Part shown: positions 38,347 through 47,010 of the stretch, piece by piece
How positions within the stretch are numbered: position 1 is the stretch's first letter
Layout of the letters: every line of letters begins with the position of its first letter
Assembly (NCBI GenBank): GCA_040755535.1
Contig: JBFMAV010000012.1
Coordinates: forward strand, 15,002 to 79,001
DNA from: Pseudomonadota bacterium
GTDB lineage: Bacteria > Pseudomonadota > Alphaproteobacteria > Rhizobiales > Xanthobacteraceae
Direction: 5' to 3'
DNA: 64,000 nucleotides
Position numbers and translations under genes: made by a program
Notes under the pieces: model-generated
Databases searched by the model: none
What the model saw: only the letters and a program-made list of their open reading frames with translations
What the model was told of the DNA's origin: nothing

Positions 38347-40255
38347 AGGCGGAGAGTTCCACCGGGCCGGCGCGGGTGACCTCCGCCGCGAGCGCCAGCC
38401 GGGCCGCAGGGTCCGCCTCATGCTCCACCTGCCGCGCCAGAGCTGCGGCTCCCGCAAGGCCGAACTGGCCGAGCACGCCGGCGAAGGCATGGGCGGCGGC
38501 GGCGATGGGCTCGGGATCGCCCCGCGCCACCATGTCCTCCCATTCCAGCAGCCGGCGGCGCGTATTGTCGATGAACCGCAAGGCGAGGCGGCGAAAGCCC
38601 TCCTCCCCCACCGCCCGGCGCAAGGCACAGACACCGGCAAGATCGAGCCCGCCGCCGGTCTCTTCTCCCATTTCTTGCTTGGCGTGAACGGGCGCAGAAG
38701 CGGCAGGAGTGGTGCCCGGCTCCGGCTGCGCCATGGGCGGCAGTCCGCCCGCGCGCTGCGCCCAGGACTGGCCCTCCACCAGGATCAGCGTCCAATCATC
38801 CTCCGGGTCCGGGCCGAGCCGCTCCGCGATCCGGCGCGAGACCCCGTCCACCACCTTCTCCAGTGGCTGGCGACCCCGGTCCGTCACTTCGCGCACCAGC
38901 CAGTCGGGGCACGGCCCACCGCTCGCCAGGGCCACGGGGTCAAGTCCGTCCGTCGCCAGCAGCAGCCGATCGCCCCATTCCAGGCGCATCTGCACGCTCT
39001 CGTAGCGGGCATCCTTGATCATGCCGAGAATCGGCCCTTCCGCCGCTACCGACCGCACCCCGTCGCGCGACAGGATCATGGGAAAGGGATGGCCGGCGGA
39101 GGCGATCTCGATGGCGCCGTCCTCCCACAGATCGATCACCAGCGCGGTGGCCATGGCGGCATCGAAGCCTGGCTCGGAGAAGATCAGGTTGGACCAGCGG
39201 GTGAGATACTGGCTGGGCGAGCACTGGGTGCCAACATCCAGGGCGCGGATCATGGCCGCCTGGGCCACCGCGCCGGCCTTGCCGTTGATGCCATGGCCCA
39301 TCACGTCCGCCATGACAATCCGGTCGGCGCCCTGGCGCGGCAGATGGACCACGAGGTCGCCGCCGCCAATGTCAGCGGTTCCGGTCTGAAGCGCGAGATT
39401 GAAGGGGCCGAGGGTGTCGGGCAGCGCCGGGCGCACCAGATTGTCCAGCGCCGAGCCGAAATAGCGCAGCAGCCGCGCGCGCTGGCGGGTGGCACGGATC
39501 AACGCGAGCCCGACCGTTTCCAGCAGGGCCTGGGGCTGAACCGGCTTGGTGAGGAAGGTGTCGACCCCAAGTTCCAGCGCCCGTACCCGCACGCTCGGAT
39601 CCCCCGTGATCATGACGATGGGGATGGGGGGCCGCTCGGCATCATTCTCCAGCGCCTCCACCAGCCGCGTGCCGGGCTGCGCACCGAGATGGAAATCGGT
39701 GAGGATCAGATCGACCGTGGTTGCGGACGCAATCTCCAGCGCGCTCTTCAGGGTGGCGGCGGCGAGCAGGCGGTAATGGGGTTCGAGAATGCTGCAATAG
39801 GTTTCCAGCAGCATCTCCTCGTCTTCCACCACCAGAACCACGGGGCGGCGGCGGGCCAGGAGGCGCTGGGCCACGAGGCGATTGGGCGGACCCGGGTGAT
39901 AGGTGACCCGGTCGAGCGCCCGGCGCGCCAGGGCAAGGCCCCGGCCCGAAAGGCCATCCTCGGCACCGGCGAGCGTGGCGCGCCCCCATTGCGCATCGAA
40001 CCCGACAAAGGGGCCGCCATCATCCTCCAGCGTGACGGTGAGGACGAGGCCGTCCAACACAGCGTCCAGGGTGAGTTCACGGGCCGGCGGCGAGCCGTGG
40101 GCGACGAGATTGGCGGCGAGCTCAGCGACCGCCAGCACCGTCTCGTCCGCCACGTCGCCCGGCAGGCGCAATTCGCCGAATTGCCGGCGCAACGCCTTGC
40201 GCAGCCAGGACACGTCCTCCAGGGACGCGGGCCGTCGCGCTTCAAACAATTTCAC
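38309..40255 (-). CDS. four-domain signalling protein: RsbW-like Ser kinase (HATPase_c_2) + receiver + PP2C/SpoIIE phosphatase + HPt
   Basis: GTG 40255 lies 8 nt after GGAGGA. The N-terminal region carries AELAANLVAHG...DDGGPF...GRGLALARR. The REC domain has EDEE, LILTDFHL, VMITG and FLTKP. The PP2C domain has GGD, DVMGHG, SAGHP and ATDGL. The C-terminal HPt domain has AAAHAFAGVLGQFG. Confidence 0.85.
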   Translation of the reverse strand: MKLFEARRPASLEDVSWLRKALRRQFGELRLPGDVADETVLAVAELAANLVAHGSPPARELTLDAVLDGLVLTVTLEDDGGPFVGFDAQWGRATLAGAEDGLSGRGLALARRALDRVTYHPGPPNRLVAQRLLARRRPVVLVVEDEEMLLETYCSILEPHYRLLAAATLKSALEIASATTVDLILTDFHLGAQPGTRLVEALENDAERPPIPIVMITGDPSVRVRALELGVDTFLTKPVQPQALLETVGLALIRATRQRARLLRYFGSALDNLVRPALPDTLGPFNLALQTGTADIGGGDLVVHLPRQGADRIVMADVMGHGINGKAGAVAQAAMIRALDVGTQCSPSQYLTRWSNLIFSEPGFDAAMATALVIDLWEDGAIEIASAGHPFPMILSRDGVRSVAAEGPILGMIKDARYESVQMRLEWGDRLLLATDGLDPVALASGGPCPDWLVREVTDRGRQPLEKVVDGVSRRIAERLGPDPEDDWTLILVEGQSWAQRAGGLPPMAQPEPGTTPAASAPVHAKQEMGEETGGGLDLAGVCALRRAVGEEGFRRLALRFIDNTRRRLLEWEDMVARGDPEPIAAAAHAFAGVLGQFGLAGAAALARQVEHEADPAARLALAAEVTRAGPVELSAFKVWLDAPLPPA

Positions 40256-40323
40256 CGCATCCGTCCTCCCCGCGCCATGGTGGCAGGAAAGATGCCGCCC
40301 GCACAGCGCGATGGTCCGAAAGC

Positions 40324-40755
40324 TCAGTGCATAAGCGCGTCGAAGGGCATGAAGACCTCGCCCAGGAACGCCAGATCGTAGAAGCCGGAAATGAAGGTCA
40401 GCGCCACCGCCACCTGGGTCACGCCGGCGAACAGCAGAATGACCCCTTCCATCACCCGCTCCAGCCGGCGCGGTGCCTGCCAGAACACCCGCCGCATGGC
40501 GAGGCGGAAGGAAATGACGAAGAAATATTGCACCACCGCGATCAACCCCACCAGGAACAGCACCGCCATGATGTGGAGGATGGCCCGGCGTGGATCATGC
40601 CAGCGGGCCAGGATCTCCAGCGTCTTGGTGATTTCCGATCCGGCGACGATGTAAAGGCCTGTCAAGGCCAGGAATTGCTCCACCGTGCCGAACAGGCCAC
40701 GGATGCGCGCCTCCCGATCGGCGTCCTGGGATGCCTCAAGCGCAATGTCTGTCAT
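40324..40755 (-). CDS. small polytopic membrane protein, hypothetical
   Basis: 143 aa from ATG 40755 with about 4 TM helices. I recognise no family. Track ORF 40324..41274 was trimmed. Confidence 0.6.
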   Translation of the reverse strand: MTDIALEASQDADREARIRGLFGTVEQFLALTGLYIVAGSEITKTLEILARWHDPRRAILHIMAVLFLVGLIAVVQYFFVISFRLAMRRVFWQAPRRLERVMEGVILLFAGVTQVAVALTFISGFYDLAFLGEVFMPFDALMH

Positions 40756-40850
40756 GGCCCCGTCCACCGGCGCGAAGAACAAGCGGCAATGAGGGTGGAG
40801 GCTAAGCGGCCTCGGCGAACGATTTATTACCGGCCACGCGACACAGCGGC

Positions 40851-41348
40851 TCAGGCCAAAGCGTCCAGTTCCTCGTCGGACAAGGTGCCGGGCACGATGG
40901 TCACGGGAATGGGGAAGCGCGCGGACGCCGGGCCGGCCAGCAGGCCCACCAGCGGGCCGGGACCGTCCGACCCCGTGCCGGCCGCGAGCACCAGGACCGC
41001 GATGTCTCGATCCTCGGCGATGACCGAGCGCAGCGCCTCCGCCTTGTCCCCTTCGCGGATCACGCCCTCCGCCGCGACGCCGGAAATCTGGCGAGCCCGG
41101 GCGGCGAAGCGGTCCAGCTTCTGCTGCATCGCCTCGGTCTCCTCGGCCCGCATGAGATCGGCGACGCCCAGCCATTGCTGGCGCATTTCCTCCAGCGCGA
41201 GAATGCCCAGCATGGTCACGCCCGAGCCGGTGCGCGCGGCCCGACGCGCGGCGTAATAGAGGGCGCGGTCGCATTCCGGCGTATCGTCCACCACCACCAG
41301 GAATTTGCGGCGATGGCCCGGCTCGTGGATCTGGCGCTTGGGGCTCAT
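40851..41348 (-). CDS. universal stress protein (UspA) family
   Basis: 165 aa from ATG 41348: RKFLVVVDDTPECDRAL ... VLVLAAGTGSDGPGPLVG ... PVTIVPG. Track ORF 40851..41822 runs into hemJ and was trimmed. Confidence 0.82.
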   Translation of the reverse strand: MSPKRQIHEPGHRRKFLVVVDDTPECDRALYYAARRAARTGSGVTMLGILALEEMRQQWLGVADLMRAEETEAMQQKLDRFAARARQISGVAAEGVIREGDKAEALRSVIAEDRDIAVLVLAAGTGSDGPGPLVGLLAGPASARFPIPVTIVPGTLSDEELDALA

Positions 41349-41362
41349 GTCTCTTCCCGCCT

Positions 41363-41788
41363 TCAGAACGGCTTCACCACCACCAGGATGACGATGCCCA
41401 CCATGAGCAAAGCGGGCACCTCGTTCATGATCCGGAAATAGCGCTCGCTGTGCGGGCGCTCGTCGCGGGCGAATTGCTTCATCCAGCGCGATTGCATGCC
41501 ATGAACGCCCGAGAGCACCAGCACGAGAAGCAGCTTGCCGTGGAGCCAGCCCTGCGTGAACCAGCCCCCATCCCAGGCGAGCCACAGGCCCGCCAGCCAG
41601 GCGACGATCATGGCGGGGTTTGAGATGTAGCGGTGGAGCTTGCGCTCCATCACCTTGAAGGTCTCGGACTGGGGCGAGCCCACCGGCGCCCCGCAATGAT
41701 AGACGAACAGGCGCGGCAGATAGAGCATGGCGGCCATCCAGGAAATGATCGCCAGGATGTGCAACGCCTTGATCCAGAGATAGAGCAC
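41363..41788 (-). CDS. hemJ: protoporphyrinogen IX oxidase HemJ
   Basis: 141 aa with 4 TM helices. The N-terminus is MLYLWIKALHILAIISWMAAMLYLPRLFVYH and HGKLLLVLVLSGVHG is present, matching the HemJ/UPF0093 family. Confidence 0.9.
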   Translation of the reverse strand: MLYLWIKALHILAIISWMAAMLYLPRLFVYHCGAPVGSPQSETFKVMERKLHRYISNPAMIVAWLAGLWLAWDGGWFTQGWLHGKLLLVLVLSGVHGMQSRWMKQFARDERPHSERYFRIMNEVPALLMVGIVILVVVKPF

Positions 41789-41866
41789 GCCAGCCTCCGC
41801 TTGTCGGCCTCCCTTGTGCCATGGGCGAGGGAGGGGCGCCAGCGCGCCGGCGTCAGGGCCGGCGCT

Positions 41867-42928
41867 TCACAGCGGCGCGCGCACCCTGTCCACCAGCCTT
41901 TCCACATGGGCGATGGGCGTTTCCGGCTTGATGCCGTGGCCGAGATTGAAGATGTGCCGCACGCCGTCGAGGTCGCTGCGGATGCGCAGGATTTCCTCGT
42001 CCAGTTGCGGCCCGCCGGCGATCAGGCGCAGGGGGTCGAGATTGCCCTGAAGCGCGGTCTTTTCCCCAAGCTTGCGCAGGCTCTGGCGGTCGGCGGTCCA
42101 ATCGAGCCCGATCGCATTGACACCGAGCGCCGCGATGCGGGACAGCGCCTCGGCCGATGCGCCCTTGGGAAAGGCGATGATGCGGGCGTCCGGCTTCCTT
42201 GCCCAGATGCCGGCGGCGATGCGGGCGAGCGGATCGAAGCACCAGCGCTCGAAAGACAAAGGATCGAGCACGCCGGCCCAGGTGTCGAAAATCTGCACCG
42301 CGTCGGCCCCAGCCTCGATCTGGCCGAGCAGATGGGTGATTGACACCTCGACCAGATGGTCGATCAGCGCCTGGAACAGGCCCGGATCGCGCAAGGCCAG
42401 GAGCCGCGCCGGCCCCTGGTCGTCCGTGCCCCGCCCGGCGACCATGTAGGTCGCGACCGTCCAGGGCGCGCCGCAAAAGCCGATGAGCGCGGTGGCGCGC
42501 GGCAAGGCGGCCTTGGTGCGGGCGAGCGCCTCATAAACGGGGGCCGTGCGCGCCGCATCCAGCGTATCGGGCAAAGCGGCGACACCGGCGGCATCGGTGA
42601 CGGGATCGAGCCGTGGCCCCTCTCCCGTTTCGAAGCGCAGGCCGACGCCCAGCGCATGGGGCACCACCAGAATGTCGGAAAAGATGATGGCGGCATCGAA
42701 GGCGAAGCGCCGGATCGGCTGGAGCGTCACCTCGGCGGCGAGTTCCGGCGTATAGCACAGGGTCAGGAAATCGCCGGCCTTGGCCCGGACGTCGCGATAT
42801 TCGGGCAGATAGCGCCCGGCCTGCCGCATCATCCAGAGCGGGGGCGGAGCGGAGCGGACCTCTCCGTCCAGAACCGCGAGGAAGGGCGATTGATCGGCCG
42901 CAGGCGCAGTCTTTCCCAGTCCCGTCAT
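41867..42928 (-). CDS. hemE: uroporphyrinogen decarboxylase
   Basis: 353 aa. Contains [16 protein letters not shown] and the URO-D blocks. Confidence 0.96.
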   Translation of the reverse strand: MTGLGKTAPAADQSPFLAVLDGEVRSAPPPLWMMRQAGRYLPEYRDVRAKAGDFLTLCYTPELAAEVTLQPIRRFAFDAAIIFSDILVVPHALGVGLRFETGEGPRLDPVTDAAGVAALPDTLDAARTAPVYEALARTKAALPRATALIGFCGAPWTVATYMVAGRGTDDQGPARLLALRDPGLFQALIDHLVEVSITHLLGQIEAGADAVQIFDTWAGVLDPLSFERWCFDPLARIAAGIWARKPDARIIAFPKGASAEALSRIAALGVNAIGLDWTADRQSLRKLGEKTALQGNLDPLRLIAGGPQLDEEILRIRSDLDGVRHIFNLGHGIKPETPIAHVERLVDRVRAPL

Positions 42929-42968
42929 AAAATAAGATTCTTTTTTAAAAGAGAGAGTCTGTTGGGTT

Positions 42969-42983
42969 TTAACGGTTGATTAA
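42969..42983. promoter_or_regulatory. CtrA box 1 (TTAA-N7-TTAA)
   Basis: TTAAcggttgaTTAA, a perfect match to both half-sites and the spacing. Confidence 0.65.
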
Positions 42984-43073
42984 CCACTTCCAGGCGCCCT
43001 CGACAATCGCTCCACAGACGGACCCTTCGGCGCACCCCGTTTGTCCCGCGCGCGGCGGGAGGGAATGAAGAGG

Positions 43074-43088
43074 TTAATCAAAGGTTAA
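43074..43088. promoter_or_regulatory. CtrA box 2 (TTAA-N7-TTAA)
   Basis: TTAAtcaaaggTTAA, a perfect match. Its right half overlaps the 14-bp palindrome AAGAGCCGGCTCTT. Confidence 0.65.
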
Positions 43089-43242
43089 GAGCCGGCTCTT
43101 GAAAGCGTCCACACCGGTTCACAGCCGGCCTGCCCAACGGCATCCCCAGAAGCCGAAATGTGGATGGATGTTCCCGATCTCCCCAGGCTCGGCTTGCGCG
43201 GGCCTTTCGGGCATGCCTTCCTGCACACGCCGTCCACAGGGG

Positions 43243-43251
43243 CGTGGATAA
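43243..43251 (-). promoter_or_regulatory. DnaA box (TTATCCACg)
   Basis: The plus strand reads cgtggataa, which is TTATCCACG on the minus strand. That is 8/9 to the consensus TTATCCACA. Confidence 0.55.
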
Positions 43252-43283
43252 GGTCGGGCGCTGACTTCAAGGAGCACCAACGC

Positions 43284-44138
43284 GTGAGTGATGAGAAGGT
43301 TGCGCAACCCGCCTATTTCCATCTCCACCTGGTGTCGGACGCCACCGGCGAGACGCTGATCAATGTGGGCCGCGCCGCCTGCGCCCAATATTCCAATGTG
43401 CTGCCCATCGAGCATGTCTATCCCCTGGTGCGCTCCATGAAGCAGCTGGAGCGGGTGCTGACCGAGGTGGAGACCAATCCCGGCATTGTCCTCTACACGC
43501 TGGTGGACCGGGAATTGCGTGAGCGGCTGAAGGAACGCTGCCGGGAATTGGGCGTGCCTTTCCTCTCCGTGCTCGCGCCCGTGGTGCAGCTGTTCCAGGC
43601 CTATCTCGGCGGCGAGCCCCAGCCGCGCGTGGGCGGGCAGCACGCGCTGGACGCCACCTATTTCAAGCGCATCGACGCGCTGAACTTCACCGTCATGCAC
43701 GATGACGGGCACATGACCGAGGATCTGGAGAATGCCGACGTGGTGCTGATCGGCATCTCGCGCACCTCCAAGACGCCCACCTCCATCTATCTCGCCAATC
43801 GTGGCATCAAGACCGCCAACATCCCGCTGGTGCCGGGCGTGCTGCTGCCGCCCCATATCGAGCGGCTGAAGAAGCCGCTGGTGGTGACGCTGGTGGCGAG
43901 CCCCGACCGCATCGTGGAAATCCGCCAGAACCGGCTGCTCGGCCTCAATGCCGCCCATCCCAGCGCCGCCTATGTGGACCGCGAGGCAGTGTCGGAGGAA
44001 CTGGCCTATTCCCGCAAGCTCAGCGCCCGCAATGCCTGGCCGCTGATCGATGTCACGCGCCGCTCCATCGAGGAGACGGCGGCCGCCATCATCGCCTTGT
44101 TCAATGAGCGCCAGCGCCGGAGCATCGTCGAGACATGA
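43284..44138 (+). CDS. pyruvate,phosphate dikinase / PEP synthase regulatory protein (DUF299, RP001-like)
   Basis: GTG 43284 lies 9 nt after AAGGAG. Contains [13 protein letters not shown] and the P-loop [11 protein letters not shown]. Track ORF 43158..44138 was trimmed. Confidence 0.88.
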   Translation: MSDEKVAQPAYFHLHLVSDATGETLINVGRAACAQYSNVLPIEHVYPLVRSMKQLERVLTEVETNPGIVLYTLVDRELRERLKERCRELGVPFLSVLAPVVQLFQAYLGGEPQPRVGGQHALDATYFKRIDALNFTVMHDDGHMTEDLENADVVLIGISRTSKTPTSIYLANRGIKTANIPLVPGVLLPPHIERLKKPLVVTLVASPDRIVEIRQNRLLGLNAAHPSAAYVDREAVSEELAYSRKLSARNAWPLIDVTRRSIEETAAAIIALFNERQRRSIVET

Positions 44139-44749
44139 GCCTGTGGCGCGCCTCTCTTCCTCTGGTCCTGGCCTCGCGCAGCGCGGCGCGGCGGGCGGTG
44201 CTGGAGTCCGCGGGCATTCCGCTGGAGGTAATGGTCCCCGCCGTGGACGAGCGCGCGGTCGAGGCGCAGGCCGCCGGCGCGGAAGCCGCCCCCGACGATG
44301 TGGCCCGCCTGCTGGCGCGCACCAAGGCGCTGGCCGGCAGCGGGCTCGCCGGGCCGGAGCATTATGTGGTCGGCGCCGACCAGACCCTGGCTCTGTGCGG
44401 AACGCTGTTCCACAAGGCCGGAGACAGGGCGGCGGCGAAGCTGCAATTGTCCCGTCTCCAGGGCCGCACCCACATGCTGCACTCCGCTGTCGCTCTGGTG
44501 CGGGAGGAAGAGGTGCTGTTCGAGACCGTGGTGAGCGCCAGCCTCACCATGCGCGCCTTGTCGGATATCGAGATCGAGGCCTATCTGGACGCCGCCGGCC
44601 CGGACATTCTCGGCTCGGTCGGCTGCTACCAGCTGGAGGCCCTCGGCGCGCATCTGTTCGAGCGGATCGAGGGCGACCATTTCACCATTCTCGGCCTGCC
44701 GCTTCTGCCGCTGCTCGGCGCGCTGCGGCAAGAAGGATTGCTCGCGTGA
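44135..44749 (+). CDS. maf: Maf-like nucleoside-triphosphate pyrophosphatase
   Basis: 204 aa containing [19 protein letters not shown] and GADQ. Its ATG overlaps the upstream stop. Confidence 0.88.
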   Translation: MSLWRASLPLVLASRSAARRAVLESAGIPLEVMVPAVDERAVEAQAAGAEAAPDDVARLLARTKALAGSGLAGPEHYVVGADQTLALCGTLFHKAGDRAAAKLQLSRLQGRTHMLHSAVALVREEEVLFETVVSASLTMRALSDIEIEAYLDAAGPDILGSVGCYQLEALGAHLFERIEGDHFTILGLPLLPLLGALRQEGLLA

Positions 44750-45591
44750 CCGTCCGCCTGTGCATCGTCGGCTATCCCGCCACCTATTCCCGCTCGCCTC
44801 TGCTGCACGGTTATTGGATTGCCCGCCACGGGCTGGACGGCAGCTATGGCCGCGAGGATGTGCCGCCCGAGGCGGCCGCGGATTTCTTTTCCGGCATGAA
44901 GGCGCGCTATGCGGGTGGCAATGTCACCGCGCCCCACAAGCAGACCGCCTTCCGCGCCGTGGATGAGGCGGACGCCACCGCCCGGCGCCTGGAAGCCGTC
45001 AACACCATCTGGTTCGAGGACGGCCGCATGATGGGCGGCAATACGGATGCCATCGGCTATGTGGGCAGCCTTGATGCCGGGGCGCCGGGCTGGGATGCGA
45101 GCGGGCGTCCGGCTCTGGTGCTCGGTGCGGGCGGAGCCGCGCGCTCGATCCTGCATGGGCTGATCGAGCGGGGCGTGCAAACCATCTGGCTCGCCAACCG
45201 CACCTTGGCGAAGGCCGAGGAATTGCGCGATCTGTTCGGTCCCAAGGTGCGGCCCATCGGCCTTGGCGACCTCGCCGGGCCGCTCGCGGAGGCCGGGCTC
45301 ATTTCCAACACCACGACGCTGGGCATGAAGGGACAGCCGCCGCTGGATCTCGATCTCGCGCGGGTGCGGGACGACGCAGTGGTGAGCGATGCCGTTTATG
45401 TGCCGCTCGAAACCCCCTTCCTCAGGGCGGCCAAGGCGCGGGGCCTCAAGACCGTGGACGGGCTCGGCATGCTCATGCACCAGGCGGTGCCGGGCTTCGA
45501 ACGCTGGTTCGGCCTTCGCCCGACCGTGGATGAGGGGCTGCGCACGCTTCTGGTGGATGATCTGCGCGCCAAGGGCCAGTTGGAGGGCTAA
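44746..45591 (+). CDS. aroE: shikimate dehydrogenase
   Basis: GTG 44746 overlaps the maf stop (GTGA). Contains GYPATYSRSPLLHGYW, NVTAPHK and LGAGGAAR. Confidence 0.9.
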   Translation: MTVRLCIVGYPATYSRSPLLHGYWIARHGLDGSYGREDVPPEAAADFFSGMKARYAGGNVTAPHKQTAFRAVDEADATARRLEAVNTIWFEDGRMMGGNTDAIGYVGSLDAGAPGWDASGRPALVLGAGGAARSILHGLIERGVQTIWLANRTLAKAEELRDLFGPKVRPIGLGDLAGPLAEAGLISNTTTLGMKGQPPLDLDLARVRDDAVVSDAVYVPLETPFLRAAKARGLKTVDGLGMLMHQAVPGFERWFGLRPTVDEGLRTLLVDDLRAKGQLEG

Positions 45592-45594
45592 GGC

Positions 45595-46206
45595 ATGTGG
45601 GTGCTCGGCCTCACCGGCTCCATCGGCATGGGAAAGTCGGCCACCGCCGCGCTGTTCGGGGCACACGGCGTGCCGGTGCACGATGCCGACGCCAGCGTCC
45701 ATGATCTCTACAGAAGCGAAGCCGTCGCGCCGGTGGAGGCTGCCTTTCCGGGCGTGACGCGGGACGGCGCCATCGACCGGGTCGAGCTGTCCGCGCGTGT
45801 GCTCAACAATCCGGACGCGCTGAAGCGCCTGGAATCCATCGTCCATCCCCTCGTGCGGGCCCGCGAGGCGGCCTTCCTGTCACAGGCGCAAGCGGCGGGC
45901 GCGCGGCTCGTGGTGCTGGACATTCCCCTCCTGCTGGAGACCGGGTCCGGGGGGCGGGTGGATGCGGTGGTGGTGGTGAGCGCCCCGGCGGCGGTGCAGC
46001 GCGATCGGGTTCTTGCCCGTCCGGGCATGACGGCGGAGCGGTTCGCGCTCATTCTCGGCAAGCAGATGCCTGATTCGGACAAGCGCCGGCGGGCGCATTT
46101 CATTATCGATACCAGCCGGGGCTTCGACGCGGCCCGCCATCAGGTACAGGGCGTCGTGCGGGCCGTGAGCGGGCCGGGCCGGCGAAGGGGGACAAGCCAT
46201 GCGTGA
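45595..46206 (+). CDS. coaE: dephospho-CoA kinase
   Basis: The P-loop is [12 protein letters not shown]. 203 aa. Confidence 0.92.
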   Translation: MWVLGLTGSIGMGKSATAALFGAHGVPVHDADASVHDLYRSEAVAPVEAAFPGVTRDGAIDRVELSARVLNNPDALKRLESIVHPLVRAREAAFLSQAQAAGARLVVLDIPLLLETGSGGRVDAVVVVSAPAAVQRDRVLARPGMTAERFALILGKQMPDSDKRRRAHFIIDTSRGFDAARHQVQGVVRAVSGPGRRRGTSHA

Positions 46207-46924
46207 GATCGTGCTCGATACCGAGACCACGGGCCTTGATCCCATCAATGGCGACCGTCTGGTAGAAATCGGCTGCGTCGAGATGGTGAACCGCATCACC
46301 ACCGGCAACGTCTTCCACGTCTATATCAATCCCGAGCGGGACATGCCGCAGGAGGCGTTCAACGTCCACGGCCTGTCCGCCGAATTCCTCGCCGACAAGC
46401 CGAAATTCGCCGAGGTGGCGGACGAGTTCCTCGCCTTCATCGGCAATGACACGCTGGTCATCCACAATGCGGCGTTCGACATCGGCTTTCTCAATGCGGA
46501 GCTGGACCGCGCCGGCCGCCCGGTGATCGCCCGCGACCGGGTGGTGGACACGCTCGCGCTCGCCCGCCGCAAGCATCCCGGCGGGCCGAACAGCCTTGAC
46601 GTGCTGATGAACCGCTACGGCATCGACGCCTCGCGCCGCGTGAAGCATGGCGCGCTGCTGGATTCCGAGTTGCTGGCCGAGGTCTATAGCGAGCTGCTGG
46701 GCGGGCGGCAGGCCATGCTGGTGGGCCTGGTGGAGGAAGAAAGCGCCGCGCCGCGGCTGGTGGCCGCGACGGTGGCCGCCGCGCGCCAGCGCCCCGTGCC
46801 CCTCGCCCCGCGCCTCAGCGCGGAGGAAGCCTCCGCCCATGCCGCCTTCGTGGAGGGGCTCGGGGACAAGGCGATTTGGAACAGCTATCGCGCGGCGGAC
46901 CCCGAACCGGGCGCGGCGGCCTGA
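46199..46924 (+). CDS. dnaQ: DNA polymerase III epsilon subunit (3'-5' exonuclease)
   Basis: Exo I motif VLDTETTGL, plus HNAAFD and [14 protein letters not shown]. It overlaps the coaE end by 8 nt. Confidence 0.95.
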   Translation: MREIVLDTETTGLDPINGDRLVEIGCVEMVNRITTGNVFHVYINPERDMPQEAFNVHGLSAEFLADKPKFAEVADEFLAFIGNDTLVIHNAAFDIGFLNAELDRAGRPVIARDRVVDTLALARRKHPGGPNSLDVLMNRYGIDASRRVKHGALLDSELLAEVYSELLGGRQAMLVGLVEEESAAPRLVAATVAAARQRPVPLAPRLSAEEASAHAAFVEGLGDKAIWNSYRAADPEPGAAA

Positions 46925-47010
46925 GGCCGGTATCCTGGACGAAGGCGCCGGGGCCATGCGTCGTATTGCAAGCGTGAGGCGTTTGCTATGAGGGAGACCT
47001 GGACCAGGGA

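Larger units (their letters stand above)
42929..43283. other. candidate chromosomal replication origin (Cori-type oriC)
   Basis: This is the hemE / DUF299 intergenic region. It contains an AT-rich tract (42927-42960) with two GANTC sites, two perfect CtrA boxes, one 8/9 DnaA box and four weaker TCCACA-core sites. Genes on either side are transcribed away from it. Confidence 0.7.

Noticed and set aside
38420-40381. 653-aa plus-strand ORF antisense to the four-domain regulator
   Set aside because: The minus-strand protein shows four recognisable domains with intact catalytic motifs. The plus-strand translation is low-complexity.
43085-43270. 61-aa minus-strand ORF and the 43158 ATG extension of the DUF299 gene, both inside the putative origin
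   Set aside because: Neither has an RBS. The region is better explained by origin motifs. The DUF299 gene has a good AAGGAG-N9-GTG start at 43284, just before its conserved sequence begins.
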